Part shown: positions 13,001 through 21,197 of the stretch, one piece after another
How positions within the stretch are numbered: position 1 is the stretch's first letter
Layout: each line of letters opens with the position of its first letter
From: a virus
Virus record (IMG/VR): IMGVR_UViG_3300021956_000013
Location: 1,236 to 65,235 of that record
DNA: 64,000 nucleotides
Reading direction: 5' to 3' (one strand)
The notes under the pieces: generated by a model
What the model saw: the letters and a program-made list of their open reading frames with translations, nothing else
Database searches by the model: none
Told to the model about the DNA's origin: nothing
Made by a program: the position numbers and the translations under genes

Positions 13001-13370
13001 GGTCTTTGACACGTTCTCTGGCTACCTTGCCAATAGTCTCAAATTCAGATTTAAATAATTTACCAAATGTTTTAGATGCTCCACCAGCATATCTAAAATA
13101 CTCACCCATTGTGAGTTTGTTCTTTTCAAGTGCCTGTGTAAAATATTCAGTACTTGTTTTTACGGATGTCATCTGGGCTTGGAATTTGCCAGTTGCATTT
13201 ATTCCGTTTACTAGGCTTTGCCTTAGTTGTGCTGCTTGAGCAGCGGCTTGGGCACCGCCCTTAGCCATTTGTAGATGAAAGGCTGATATTTGACCCTGAA
13301 GTAATTTGATTTGCTCTAAAGCATTAGAGGTATCAACATTTACTTTTATATTGGATTGAATATCAGCCAT
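4002..13370 (-). CDS. Tape measure protein with C-terminal cargo domains
   Basis: 3122 aa, Ala/Lys-rich helical; TP901-type core (AVENQTVLSIDDLTTAIPKAAPVVQQLGG...GINASEGANALKS); follows tail chaperones. Confidence 0.9.
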   Translation of the reverse strand: MADIQSNIKVNVDTSNALEQIKLLQGQISAFHLQMAKGGAQAAAQAAQLRQSLVNGINATGKFQAQMTSVKTSTEYFTQALEKNKLTMGEYFRYAGGASKTFGKLFKSEFETIGKVARERVKDLQTQYIKMGRDANGAMQAIKVRPLALDMENLGTKTAIAAQKQQLLNQLLKQGSTNLLNFGKNTQWAGRQLMVGFTVPLMMFGSVAVKSFNEMEKAVVKFKRVYGDMNTMKSDTDKMVGEVRRLAESYTQYGIAIKDTMDMAATAAATGKMGKDLLAQVASATKLAVLGGVDQQKSLETTISLTNAFGLSAEQLAQKIDFLNAVENQTVLSIDDLTTAIPKAAPVVQQLGGNVEDLAFFLTAMKEGGINASEGANALKSGLASLINPTNTASKMLAGFGINIKGIVEGDKGNLKKTVVDFATALNQLDPLNRAKAIEQLFGKFQFARLSTLFKNVTDQGSQAARTLELTKASAEELAIVSQREMARISESPTFKFEKAMKDFQAAMMPIGEQFLKAATPILNFFSDILKRFDGLDDGTKGFITGLTGLVAGIGPVVLMVVGLVANGVANIIKLFANFKSFFNNLGKGSKDLATSTKYMTSEQIEAASVAASLDQVHGKLTQTFTSEAAAISRLVAEYQKAITAQEVYRGIAIPKGAAPRAYASGGLISGPGSGTSDSILARVSNGEAIIPASSVSRYPGLVKQLVSGNVPGFSGGTEFAHITSRKTMGIGSFYEGLIELEKQGLVKLSQARKIMFNDYMQMFGRDAQIHTYSGLGFTQSKGLNVGMRNGGAVPATAFLSDFKQQGLAKWEQSLKMAGLKQQEVTEELTRYDQALQSGVQRMIDMNRSATITDTDFELIHQEAVKTLPAQSKLRMGLEAAANGLYETRMNINEGMLSAAGIEAKQVPSGADPTRMSTKKRFFGPSGKQYRTGGNRWYRYLPGGLAGRDVAPITAQQLEQQGIVDGRSYEKGKKSITDNPQNDPYVESRNRNSPHVLSGPDGEQDAVAYNTARRTTNAEFDVTEAEAARARSMSMQAIAAESGQVEGTAHAEARVAAARTENAEVLAVYREGQAAELAAMEQQNAMLMSGGTGGYVGRRATILAEREAAAQAKAAQKLANKTALKDARAKASQNQSSGKFQKIGMAAMMPTMMGSMAGGQIGEISQQLMMPMMMMSMITGPVTGVIAALGALALAAWAIKNAYDEQIKKQLELTEKTGLGSKAMENLASYAKKATSTEIMNVRRGNQLSLFNTKIGKTTYGQSFLESDEGKKLLEGVQSNIVDSGQKVANTQLAAQLQAAVVNGIFTEGQALSIADSVGRQLKNYNLSMDVSARLLTVFGPDGKDVSKDPLLINARLQIIQTGQESVTTNESNYNFDKTANGKYNTNIPMTGRRWLNIQKNIVDIAQNAGTYVGTIKSQLENVQMQMDGLYIDYQTAMDEAIKNNDTNRIYFLNKKYKAGLNLLTKSSIDAYDSLISLYNSAGPNSGSVMDAQKAAIDAAFKGTTQEKQATQVKDLIDGLKNTSNINKLVLEASVANKSLDLNAAQTYLNKYQGDSTMVARLGTTIRNLGGTAGSDMAMLASEMNKTSANQFTKNIALAKNPLEAQTRLNAMMDVRRGGGVGGPGATENIENFFGKNINLGKLTAFENHINALRNSKEITLPVIAKIYGAQELSQMTADAQYIKSLNKDNKIVYTQTFDTYYNMIGDPKFYDQYTSWKNGEGKNIKPNDIVAYVRWLARQATEAAKVMSSINPAGGNGGNGGTPESSFLDAIVKTKRDIFDFKQALTTGFDASKAAIDKFKITGANGLMMQLASAGAGPELIKAIIDAPQDQIDKIVDKTTGKIKASFLKTLPKVMASMDPNGFAQIATRWLGLSADEKIQEHISLYQSGLEVIKIDEDKINKTYEQRIKALDEIQSLNNEVNRQEQDKLTLADALAKGDISAATRAAYQMKQNNAQAAIEATKKSLENARQAEINALTVKIGGKTVTRAELEERIADATAIITRHKKTQLDREIKIGEQLDAQIEKQKTLNALQKTPAAANTPKQTPAPNNSDGGGGPRDVAMATGGHIRGPGTGTSDDIPAMLSNGEYVIRANAVKTIGVSTLDRLNQADRMKFSDGGPVTRGPRINDTSDDPGNVENKKSMLQKAIDSARQRLNRTNPTQKAEGPLWSQYARSVAAMMAYTYRPPAMPSEDTMMNFWNPEWRRGDPSSQKYFNRYPTLSDFKNYRVNSFKGGRLTTGPNGRKIMSPNGNYFTWYKDDMFGNRKNTISSILGDFNNLDYLWNLRGIDVAPMMGYEKIPGVLNDMALKKRKLSNWSVFRNRQIRQAHVHGGTDAWAWSESGNQNYDYYKKMFGKANGGLVGYKDGGKPKNWSLTDPSAPWNQGDYKKFNDYQTRKQYWAMSQPGSRELVETGKNIGYFTPGIGSGLAFGDAGTSFGKGDIGGGLLNTAFGFGAMWIPKAIGAIGKGIKTAGSSIGQGFNAIKNTINATKKSYTHPKDWLTKYYTTSPNKYLGIKGLQAVMGKMLPKNLEALVLNKFGKTRSEKAGLGVEHPEDVEVVNGRLAGPGTYFAKTNTQSDIFHNFGDFVYGIKNTPKVILDTLLSKGYADEKTVLKVAAKNGWRFPEGTKATDLLQDSHFNSPLIQQLRKLGYLGYKGTDDAFTNWMLGDKKGWGFTKGKFDNRGRLGAKASNAEAAAAKKKSQTASIFAPYKDSALGSGGIESGIWMKNTLNNVETYLKHYAQQEKSFLEPMTSFIGNRLGASVAPYDLITSGNFLKNEFTGTASNILKHIEGNRDSLLVASPKIPNSNQIRNNNIQAWLTKPGMSPNEKIQQLIENVKEFASSSALLNSVVGNLDVHTGNILMDATTGKFHALDFGNTRLQQMQPSLENATGGLSLARRATDTLLNALRYNIREVFSDDQIDKKLFDQLQSGFMSVDPSKFMNRLKVLSQTDYVGQFVKEKIGDNPLMLSQFGKWMEQTIPSPTPKFSHFGTFGNDPNFLKIIYENLENEFKQTGGMFHFANGGMAIPRFKTGGYVGMMPKFGDGGLANLHQGEYVFQKSAVDRIGLNSLNAMNQGETSMGDCVYNYNINLNVSSMSNQNDIADAVIGQIRRLDNQRIRGNTI

Positions 13371-13387
13371 TCATTTACACTTCCTTT

Positions 13388-13711
13388 TTAGGCAGTTAGA
13401 CCGCCCATAAGCGATGTATCGCTTAGTTTAACACCAGATGCCTCTTCAACAATTTGGTAAACTGTTGGTAGGTCAATATTGTCTTCTAGTGTCTTTACAT
13501 CTGTAGCAAGTTGTGGTGCATATTGCTGCATAGCAATCTGTACACACTCCATAAGCAAGTTCATAGACTTGTCATTATCTTCTGCTACTTCTGCGATTTT
13601 CTCAAACTTCTTCATAAATGAGCGAAGTAGAGAAATTTTTAGTGGTCGCACATCAATGGTAGTTCCATCAATAAGTACGATTTGTTTTGGCTCGTTAACT
13701 GTAGTTGCCAT
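13388..13711 (-). CDS. Tail assembly chaperone, short paralog
   Basis: 107 aa immediately upstream of tape measure; homologous to N-terminus of 13752..14477. Confidence 0.7.
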   Translation of the reverse strand: MATTVNEPKQIVLIDGTTIDVRPLKISLLRSFMKKFEKIAEVAEDNDKSMNLLMECVQIAMQQYAPQLATDVKTLEDNIDLPTVYQIVEEASGVKLSDTSLMGGLTA

Positions 13712-13751
13712 AATACCCTCCTATAGGTTGTATTTAATAATTATAGCATAA

Positions 13752-14477
13752 TTAACCATTTACAACTTCATAATCTAGACCCATACCAATTCCAAATCCT
13801 GCTTGTTTTGCTGCTACTCCTTGTAATGCTGTAATGTCATTAGGGTCTCCATTGCCAATACCACTCGTTGCTGCTGCAACTCTAGCCTTCATTGCTTCCC
13901 AAGGGTCTGGCTCATTAGCATTGCTTCCATCCTCTAAGTCAACCCCCTGCATAGCGGCAAAAAATTTCTTTTCCTGATATTCTAATTCTCTTTTTTGTTC
14001 TAAAGTAATCATAAGTTCTGGCATAGATAGCGAAGACTCTAATTGTTGATAGTCTTTCCAAATACCAAGTAAAAATACTTCAGCCTCTAATTTTGCTAAA
14101 TCCAAAGTATCCCAACTAGATGCTTCTTGAACTGCTTGATTTGTAATAGTATTATTTGAAATAGTATCTAACTGCTCTTGCTTTTCATCTTGTCCAATTT
14201 TAATACCTGCAGCAACATCAAGGATTTTATATACTGTTTTTAAATCGAACTTGTCCTCGAAATCATCGGTAGTTTTTATAGAAGGATAATATTGTTGCAT
14301 TGTTATAGTGGCACAAGCAACTAGATAAATGATTGTTTCATCATCATTCTTGGCTGTTTTTACCAGTTCAAATTCATCCATAAACTTTCTTAGATATCTA
14401 ATCTTTAATGGACTTATCTCAATCTCTTCATTATCTATTGTTTTAATAATGGCTGAATCATATATTTTAGTAGGCAT
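13752..14477 (-). CDS. Tail assembly chaperone, long paralog
   Basis: 241 aa between major tail and tape measure; N-half PLKIRYLRKFM...MQQYYP matches the short paralog; extra C-domain. Confidence 0.7.
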   Translation of the reverse strand: MPTKIYDSAIIKTIDNEEIEISPLKIRYLRKFMDEFELVKTAKNDDETIIYLVACATITMQQYYPSIKTTDDFEDKFDLKTVYKILDVAAGIKIGQDEKQEQLDTISNNTITNQAVQEASSWDTLDLAKLEAEVFLLGIWKDYQQLESSLSMPELMITLEQKRELEYQEKKFFAAMQGVDLEDGSNANEPDPWEAMKARVAAATSGIGNGDPNDITALQGVAAKQAGFGIGMGLDYEVVNG

Positions 14478-14497
14478 ACTCTATTATAGCAAAAGAA

Positions 14498-14523
14498 ACT
14501 GCCCCAGGAATCCCCAGGGCAGT
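14498..14523 (-). terminator. Hairpin after major tail gene
   Basis: actgccc...gggcagt inverted repeat downstream of the stop, U-rich on the minus strand. Confidence 0.6.
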
Positions 14524-14552
14524 CTCATACGATATTCAGTTATTATTTGATT

Positions 14553-15341
14553 TTAGTAAGTGCGGTCAACAATCTTACCGTAAGCACCGTTTGCATCTGG
14601 TAGCAGACGGAACTCAACGTCAAACATTGTAGCAGCATCACGCTTTGCAGCAACTGTTACGTTTGCAATGTTTACAACACGGTAAGCGATGTAAACACGC
14701 TCAGTTGAATCTGTTGCTGAAGGTGTTAACGAGTTAGTCGCAGCACCTGTGCTTACAGTAGCAGCACCAACTGCGATTAGCGAACGCTCAACTGGGTAGT
14801 CACCCAAATCACCTGCGAACAGGTCAATGTAAGTGTCAGTTGTAGTTGTAGTTGTTCCTAGGAACACTCCAGTCTCAGATACCGTTGCTGGTGTGTAAGT
14901 AACAGTCACTGATGGAGTTGTTACTGTGCTCACTGCAGCATAACGGTTTACTGAACCACGCTGTGCAAGTGCAAATAGAAGGTTTTCTAGAGTTGCTTCT
15001 GCTAGAGAAGTCTTTAGAGTAACCTGCATACCTGACTTGTACAACTTAGCAACGTCTAGCAACTGGTCAACAGTTACGTCACCAAATGTTGGGTTGAATG
15101 TTAGTTCAAGACCGTTGTTTGTGTAACCAATGTTTCTCCATGCAGATGCACCCTGGTTAGCAAGTGTGTCCTTGTAAGAAGTACCTGCAACGAACGCTGG
15201 AACGTTTGCAGTTGGAAATCCTGGAGAAGCATTTGTTGAATTGAACAATGTACTGTCTACCAGGTTTGTAATGCTACCTACGAATAGTGCAGCAGCACCA
15301 ACAACGATATTGTTGGCATTTCCTCTTGTATAATTAGCCAT
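14553..15341 (-). CDS. Major tail protein
   Basis: GYTNNGLELTFNPTFGDVTVDQL...FDVEFRLLPD tail-tube pattern; strongly biased codons; followed by terminator. Confidence 0.85.
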   Translation of the reverse strand: MANYTRGNANNIVVGAAALFVGSITNLVDSTLFNSTNASPGFPTANVPAFVAGTSYKDTLANQGASAWRNIGYTNNGLELTFNPTFGDVTVDQLLDVAKLYKSGMQVTLKTSLAEATLENLLFALAQRGSVNRYAAVSTVTTPSVTVTYTPATVSETGVFLGTTTTTTDTYIDLFAGDLGDYPVERSLIAVGAATVSTGAATNSLTPSATDSTERVYIAYRVVNIANVTVAAKRDAATMFDVEFRLLPDANGAYGKIVDRTY

Positions 15342-15412
15342 ATTTTATTTCACCATCTTTCATTTTAGAAATATATGGGCTTGTGTTTCCTCTATATAAG
15401 TATAACAGGGTT

Positions 15413-15943
15413 TTAAGAATTAAGCATAATATAGTCATAATAGATGATTATCTTATTACCAGCATAAGTTCTAGCAGTAGCAAAGTTAATTACATCTCTT
15501 GTTTCTTGTAATTGAAATACCTTGAAATTTACAAATTTGAAGTTCGGCTCAATAGATTCACCTTCGACAATAATTGAGCCTTTTTCTCTACACCAATCAT
15601 TTAACTCTTCTGCTGTTTCATCTTCTCTATCCATAAGACGCAAAGTTTGTTCGGTAATCTGAACCATATTAATAATAGAATTTTCAGCAGTAGCATAGAA
15701 ATAATATAATAATTGTTCACATTTGATATGTGGAAATGGAACTCTACGCATACGAATCATGCGGTCATATGTAGCCATGATGCCGCTTGTTGGGAACAAC
15801 TCTGTAAGGTTATTTATTGTAGATGGAATAGATGGAAAAAATGGAATTGTTTCAAATCCAAGATTTTGCAATTTATCCTGCAGATATGCATTAATCCATA
15901 ATACTGGAGTATTTAATGTTGATGTTTTAGACAATTGTTCCAC
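15413..15943 (-). CDS. Tail terminator/completion-like protein
   Basis: Position just upstream of major tail gene; 176 aa. Confidence 0.5.
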   Translation of the reverse strand: MEQLSKTSTLNTPVLWINAYLQDKLQNLGFETIPFFPSIPSTINNLTELFPTSGIMATYDRMIRMRRVPFPHIKCEQLLYYFYATAENSIINMVQITEQTLRLMDREDETAEELNDWCREKGSIIVEGESIEPNFKFVNFKVFQLQETRDVINFATARTYAGNKIIIYYDYIMLNS

Positions 15944-16607
15944 CTACCTTTGTAATCCAATTATACCCTACTTCAAAGCCTTTTGCTCTACCTCCAGTTT
16001 TAGCAGCATGAAGATTCTCTTTAAATGTTTTAGAATTTTCTAAATGCTGTTTTATTCCTGTTGATTCTAAAACAGATTGTTTAAAATATTGTTTAAAAAA
16101 TAAATCAAAGATATGCTCAAATGCTCCAACAACTTTGGTTCCACCTGGATGTTCTACCAACACTTCATTAGGAGTAAATACTTCTTCACCATCTACCTCA
16201 AAAGCCAAAACTTTTGCCTTTACTGGCTTGATTACCATTGGTGTCCCATTTTCCATAATTTCAGCCTTATTGTAAAATGGAGTATAAGAACCCTGTTGAA
16301 CTGTTTTAGACTGAGTTAATATACCGCTAAATGTTAACCCTCCACCTAATGCAGTATATTGAATATCAAATAATCTTGCATCTGGAGAACCAGTTTGATA
16401 CCATTCATAAATATGATGATACATCTGTTCATCAACTCTAGCATTCTGGTCTACTAAATCTTTAAATATTTCAATGGCATCTTTTGCTATTTCATTTAGA
16501 AATATTTGTTTTCCTTCGTGAATACCTTCTAAAAATCCTTCGGAATATTCTACGATGTTAAGCATTTCTTTAGTAAAAATCTTATCATCAAATCTTACAG
16601 AAATCAT
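15927..16607 (-). CDS. Head-tail/neck protein
   Basis: Synteny in head-tail block; 226 aa. Confidence 0.5.
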   Translation of the reverse strand: MISVRFDDKIFTKEMLNIVEYSEGFLEGIHEGKQIFLNEIAKDAIEIFKDLVDQNARVDEQMYHHIYEWYQTGSPDARLFDIQYTALGGGLTFSGILTQSKTVQQGSYTPFYNKAEIMENGTPMVIKPVKAKVLAFEVDGEEVFTPNEVLVEHPGGTKVVGAFEHIFDLFFKQYFKQSVLESTGIKQHLENSKTFKENLHAAKTGGRAKGFEVGYNWITKVGGTIV

Positions 16608-17053
16608 AGGTCAGCCGCCTGATTGTCAGAACGACTAATGACTAATTTATAATAATCTATTTTTCCAAAAGGACCAACAACTGGATTTGATGTAGATACT
16701 TCAAAAATTGTTGACTGACCTTTCCTTGGTCCTGCCGATTCATTATAAATAACATTGCCTTGATTATCTCTGATATTTGTGATAATAATATTAGTTATTG
16801 AATATAGTTCATTCCCATTATTTTCGGTAATATCATTTCTAACTCTACCAACAATAGCATTATCGATAGTTATATTAGCATTAATAATTACATCCTCTTT
16901 AAATTTTCTACCTGCTGGATTAAAGAAACAGGCAATTGTTCTGTCCAATACCCATTGACGTTTAAGATTTCCATATGCTCCTTGTTCAACAATTGGATAA
17001 TATACGTCTGCTAAAAGTGGATAAATGAAGTCTGTTTTTTCACAAGTTGCCAT
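16604..17053 (-). CDS. Head closure/stopper-like protein
   Basis: ADVYYPIVEQGAYGNLKRQW start typical of stoppers; synteny. Confidence 0.55.
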   Translation of the reverse strand: MATCEKTDFIYPLLADVYYPIVEQGAYGNLKRQWVLDRTIACFFNPAGRKFKEDVIINANITIDNAIVGRVRNDITENNGNELYSITNIIITNIRDNQGNVIYNESAGPRKGQSTIFEVSTSNPVVGPFGKIDYYKLVISRSDNQAADL

Positions 17054-18219
17054 TATAGTAATCCTGGTTTAATGAGTGTTCCCTTATAGTTGCTAAGGAT
17101 TTTATCAACAATCATATTTCCAGTACCCTCCAAAAATTGTGGGGCAAACTTAATATCGAATTGGTCAGTACTATATTCAGTAACAAAACGATTGTATAGG
17201 TCGTTATTTCCGCATTTGATATCTTCAATAAGCATCTTGATAGCAAGTTCTACATCTGGCGGCACAGCCTTAAATCCAGCATCTACAATAAATATATAAT
17301 CAAACCCTCTAGGGAATGCAATTGGATAATATCCATAAAAACCAATATCTCCAACTCCAGAAGGAAGTAGAGCAGGGGTCTGTTCCATGCGGTTATACTC
17401 ACCAAACTCCATACGCATAATTGCTGAGTTATCTAGAGATGGCTTATATTGATAAGCCCAAATTGATTCTACTCCACCACGAGTAGTAATTGCTTCATTG
17501 TTTGTTGCAGCAATTGATGTATTGTCAACTGTAAATGTTGTTGCTGTTGGTGTTCCAGTTATATAAAATGTACCATTAAATTTGGTTGGTGTTACACCAG
17601 AGATTGTTACTGTTTGTCCAGTCTGAAAACCATGCGTAATAGTTGTGGTCAGGGTTAGGGTTCCGTTAGATACTCCAACATTTTGAATTGAAATACCGAT
17701 AGGGGTATTTTCTGCATCATAGACTAGAACGTTGTTTTCGTATACTTTTAGTACACGGTTTACTGGATGCCATACAGGAAAATAGTCATTACCTTCTCCT
17801 GTACGCTGGATGATAAGTTTGTGGTTATAGAATGCACCACCAGTTCCTGAACCTTCTTGTAGGTAGGTATCAATAATAGAACGAGCAATGATTTCATATT
17901 CTTGATAAGCAAAAATATCTGCTGTTGTTGTAGCCAGTAGGTTTGGGTCTACATATGGACGATAAATTGTTAGATTAGATTCTACAACAATTTCACCATA
18001 AATATCTGTTTCATAAATCTTAACAGCAAAGTCACGGTCATATTGTGCTTTTGCTCTTGGAATAATGTATGTAATTTGCTTGTTTGAATCTGATGTTAAA
18101 GAAATTCTTTCAATTGAGTGGTCCACCATATCCTCAACTTCAAAAATGTATGGTGCGTTAGCACTAGGGACATCCCACTTAGTTGAAATTGGATACGGTG
18201 GAACTCTCAATACTTCCAT
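17053..18219 (-). CDS. Head-tail adaptor with inserted beta-rich domain
   Basis: GFKAVPPDVELAIKMLIEDIKCG adaptor-type motif; insert THGFQTGQTVTISGVTPTKFNGTFYIT. Confidence 0.65.
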   Translation of the reverse strand: MEVLRVPPYPISTKWDVPSANAPYIFEVEDMVDHSIERISLTSDSNKQITYIIPRAKAQYDRDFAVKIYETDIYGEIVVESNLTIYRPYVDPNLLATTTADIFAYQEYEIIARSIIDTYLQEGSGTGGAFYNHKLIIQRTGEGNDYFPVWHPVNRVLKVYENNVLVYDAENTPIGISIQNVGVSNGTLTLTTTITHGFQTGQTVTISGVTPTKFNGTFYITGTPTATTFTVDNTSIAATNNEAITTRGGVESIWAYQYKPSLDNSAIMRMEFGEYNRMEQTPALLPSGVGDIGFYGYYPIAFPRGFDYIFIVDAGFKAVPPDVELAIKMLIEDIKCGNNDLYNRFVTEYSTDQFDIKFAPQFLEGTGNMIVDKILSNYKGTLIKPGLL

Positions 18220-18600
18220 TTAGGCAAATGCCTCCGCTACTTCGTCTGGTGTTGCTAGACGAATGCCACGCTGTGCCAACCAGAAATCAGCATACTTTTT
18301 TGGAACAATATTGTATCCAACATTAATCTTTCCAAATCCATCAGCATATAAATTTCTTTGTGAGAATAATGCAACCTTTGATGGTGCAACTTCTTCTACA
18401 GATGGTGCCTTCTCTACCTTTGGCTTGTCAGCCTTTGTAGTGGTTGAACCCATTACGCCATTTTCATTGAATCCCAATGTAGGAACGTCTTTTGTTGGTT
18501 CTGGTGTTACGATAACCTTATCTTCAACTACTTCTGCTACTGTTTCTACAATTGTTTCTTCAGCGACAGGAGTTGATTCGGTCTTTTTGTTTTCAGCCAT
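18220..18600 (-). CDS. Hypothetical virion-associated protein
   Basis: 126 aa after major capsid, own promoter and RBS. Confidence 0.6.
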   Translation of the reverse strand: MAENKKTESTPVAEETIVETVAEVVEDKVIVTPEPTKDVPTLGFNENGVMGSTTTKADKPKVEKAPSVEEVAPSKVALFSQRNLYADGFGKINVGYNIVPKKYADFWLAQRGIRLATPDEVAEAFA

Positions 18601-18650
18601 GATTAAATCCTCCTTAGATTTATTTTAATTATACCAGATAAATGTAGAAA

Positions 18651-18678
18651 GGGGGTAGAGAAATTAATCCCTACCCCC
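18651..18678 (-). terminator. Hairpin after major capsid gene
   Basis: ggggtag...ctacccc inverted repeat. Confidence 0.6.
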
Positions 18679-18703
18679 ATTCAAAGGGTGACACTAAAAC
18701 AGA

Positions 18704-19864
18704 TTAGTCTGTTGTTGTGTCTGCGAATGCAACTGCATCTAGTTCTTCCCAGGCAATACCGAAACGAACGAAGACAGTGTATTCAATTGTGTCCTTCTTT
18801 GGAACGTAGAAACGGTTCACAGTGATATCTCTCTGGAAGCCCCAAATACGGTTCTGTGGGAACGTTAGGTCAACGAATCCTGCAGGGTAATAAGGAACTT
18901 CAAGAACAGGAACACCTAGAACACGAGTCTGACGTGCACCACCGAAAGTCTGGTTTGCACCACCAATGAACTCTCCACGAGTACCCTCGGTAGAACCGAT
19001 GGTCGAGTAGACAGTAGCATTGTTCTTAACGATGTTAGCAAATGTGTCTGTACCAGCATAGAACTTTAGTCCATTTGTGATGGCACGGTATCTGCGAGGC
19101 ATAGCCAAGATAAGTGCTTGTAGTCTTTCAGTTGTCCAATCAGTGAACGCTGCGTTAGACCCAACTAGAGTTGAGTTGATAACTTCGTGTGCACTTCCAA
19201 GGTTGTTACCAGTTGTGTTTGGATTAGTCTTTTCCAAGTTAATGAATCCATTCATAATGCTTAGGAATGAACCTGTTGAACCATCACCGTTAATAGCAAG
19301 GTCCTCGATGTCGTTACCGAAAGCATTAGTCATTAGACGAACTAGGTGGTCCTCCAAAGCAGCACCCTCGATGTTATCTTCGAGTGACTCTGCAGAAACT
19401 TCCCAGTCTAGACGAATCTTCTTAGTGGTCAATTCAACCTTTGAGAATGTAGCACCAGTGTTGGTATAAGTTGAAACACCCTGGCTTGCAGCACGAATAA
19501 CACGGTCTCCCACGTTAATCTTCTCAAGTTCCATTGTGTTTGCTCTCATTGTTACTCTGCGACCGTCCTGTGCAAGTGTGGTTGCGTCCCAAACATAATC
19601 GATAAATCGTTTTGCCTGTTCAGGGCGTAGGATACCAGTACCTGGATAAGTCGGACTTGCAGTAGCAGATGGGTTTACACCATTTGCACCTGTTGTTACA
19701 CCAAAGTTAGCGGTTGGGCTGTTACCCATGTAAGTACCGTGCTCTGAAAAAGCACCTGTACCACTTGTTACGCTTGCTGATGTACCGAAAGCACCTTCAG
19801 CGTTAGGATATCCAGAAACTGGACTCGTACCTGAAGGCATATTTTTGATAATTTCTTCTGACAT
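18704..19864 (-). CDS. Major capsid protein (HK97 fold)
   Basis: GILRPEQAKRFIDY, FSKVELTTKKIRLDWEVSAESLEDNIEG; start re-called at MSEEII (19864) with GGAGG RBS. Confidence 0.9.
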   Translation of the reverse strand: MSEEIIKNMPSGTSPVSGYPNAEGAFGTSASVTSGTGAFSEHGTYMGNSPTANFGVTTGANGVNPSATASPTYPGTGILRPEQAKRFIDYVWDATTLAQDGRRVTMRANTMELEKINVGDRVIRAASQGVSTYTNTGATFSKVELTTKKIRLDWEVSAESLEDNIEGAALEDHLVRLMTNAFGNDIEDLAINGDGSTGSFLSIMNGFINLEKTNPNTTGNNLGSAHEVINSTLVGSNAAFTDWTTERLQALILAMPRRYRAITNGLKFYAGTDTFANIVKNNATVYSTIGSTEGTRGEFIGGANQTFGGARQTRVLGVPVLEVPYYPAGFVDLTFPQNRIWGFQRDITVNRFYVPKKDTIEYTVFVRFGIAWEELDAVAFADTTTD

Positions 19865-19887
19865 TTTATTTTTCACCTCCTAGTGAA

Positions 19888-21138
19888 TTATTTTAGTAAA
19901 TCGGATGTTGTGAGGAAACTTCCGCCCCATACTGATTTTTCCACCAGTACTGGTTCCTGAATGACCTCACCGAGGTCACCAGACTTACGGAAAGCGGTGT
20001 CTGCTTCTACAGCATCGATACGCTTTCCAAGATTGTTAAAGTCTGACTCTGCATCTGTTACTTTTGCAGTAACAAATCCAAGAGACTTCTTTAATTCAGC
20101 AACCTCATTCAATAGTGATGCATTTGCATCTGCTAATGACTTTACAATTGCTGAGATATCGCTAAAGGCTGTTGTAACTGTTGAGCCTAGTTCTGAAACT
20201 GCCTTAGCAATTACTTCCTCTGAACCTGGAACAACGTCTTCTACAACTTCTTCTACATGTGCTGGCTCGGCTACTGGAGCCTCTTCAACAACTTCTTCTG
20301 TAGCAGGAGCGTCAACTACAACTTCTGCCTCTGGAGCGACATCTACGACTTCATCATTTACGATTTCATCTGACATGTTATCATTCTCCTTTTTAATAGT
20401 CTTAGAAGTATTAATGCCTTTAGCACTATCTACTAAGAACTTTATCATGTCGAGTTTGTCAGCATCTGACTTCTCAACAAAACCTATATTTTGCATCTGT
20501 GTTCCATTGACTGGACTTACTGCAGAATCTTCTTCTGAGATTGTTACTAGTCCTGATTCTTTGTCCCAGAACACATTTTCTAGAACTGTTTCGGTACCCT
20601 CACCAGTAATGGTGTCAATGCCATCTACCTTTTCGACAGAAAGTATATTTGCAAACTGATTTGCAGGACTATCAACAAGGGATAACTCAACCAAGTCGTA
20701 ATCCTTAATAATTCTAATAGCGGAATCGCTCTTCTCATCATAGCCATCATCCCACTTGTTCATTTTACCACCAATAGAAAATCCAGTAAGTGTACCATCT
20801 AGAACTTTTTGCCATGTGTCTTCAGCACCCTTTGAAACATAAGCAGATACATAAACACCTTGATAAAATTTCTTTGTTTCTGGGTCAAAGTATTTGTCTT
20901 CTTTAAATGCAACCATTTTGCCTACTGCCTTTGGTTGATGCATCTCACGAATGTTACCACGGAATTTTGAGAAGGCTGATAGAGATGCTTCTGGAGTAAC
21001 GATATCGTTTTGCTTGTCAATGTTATCAAGCGTTGCAAACCCAGATACAATTCTACGTTCTGTGTCTACCTTTGTGAGTGGCATAGAGATACGGACATTA
21101 TTTCCGTCAATGTCAAAATGTGCTTTTTGAATACTCAT
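19888..21138 (-). CDS. Prohead protease fused to acidic scaffold
   Basis: RIVSGFATLDNID...IREMH...GFSIGG...ELSLVDSPAN (HK97-type protease) plus E/V/A-rich and coiled C-terminus. Confidence 0.85.
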   Translation of the reverse strand: MSIQKAHFDIDGNNVRISMPLTKVDTERRIVSGFATLDNIDKQNDIVTPEASLSAFSKFRGNIREMHQPKAVGKMVAFKEDKYFDPETKKFYQGVYVSAYVSKGAEDTWQKVLDGTLTGFSIGGKMNKWDDGYDEKSDSAIRIIKDYDLVELSLVDSPANQFANILSVEKVDGIDTITGEGTETVLENVFWDKESGLVTISEEDSAVSPVNGTQMQNIGFVEKSDADKLDMIKFLVDSAKGINTSKTIKKENDNMSDEIVNDEVVDVAPEAEVVVDAPATEEVVEEAPVAEPAHVEEVVEDVVPGSEEVIAKAVSELGSTVTTAFSDISAIVKSLADANASLLNEVAELKKSLGFVTAKVTDAESDFNNLGKRIDAVEADTAFRKSGDLGEVIQEPVLVEKSVWGGSFLTTSDLLK

Positions 21139-21197
21139 AGTATTAATTATAGCCCCTTTTTATGAAAGTGTTATGTAATTGTTATTATACCACTTTT

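Noticed and set aside
13388-14477. Programmed -1 frameshift joining the tail chaperones
   Set aside because: The long form is already a single ORF, and the two genes are separated by a stop, a promoter and an RBS
19077-20659. Plus-strand ORFs (130 and 232 aa) opposite capsid and scaffold genes
   Set aside because: Antisense shadows of highly biased genes
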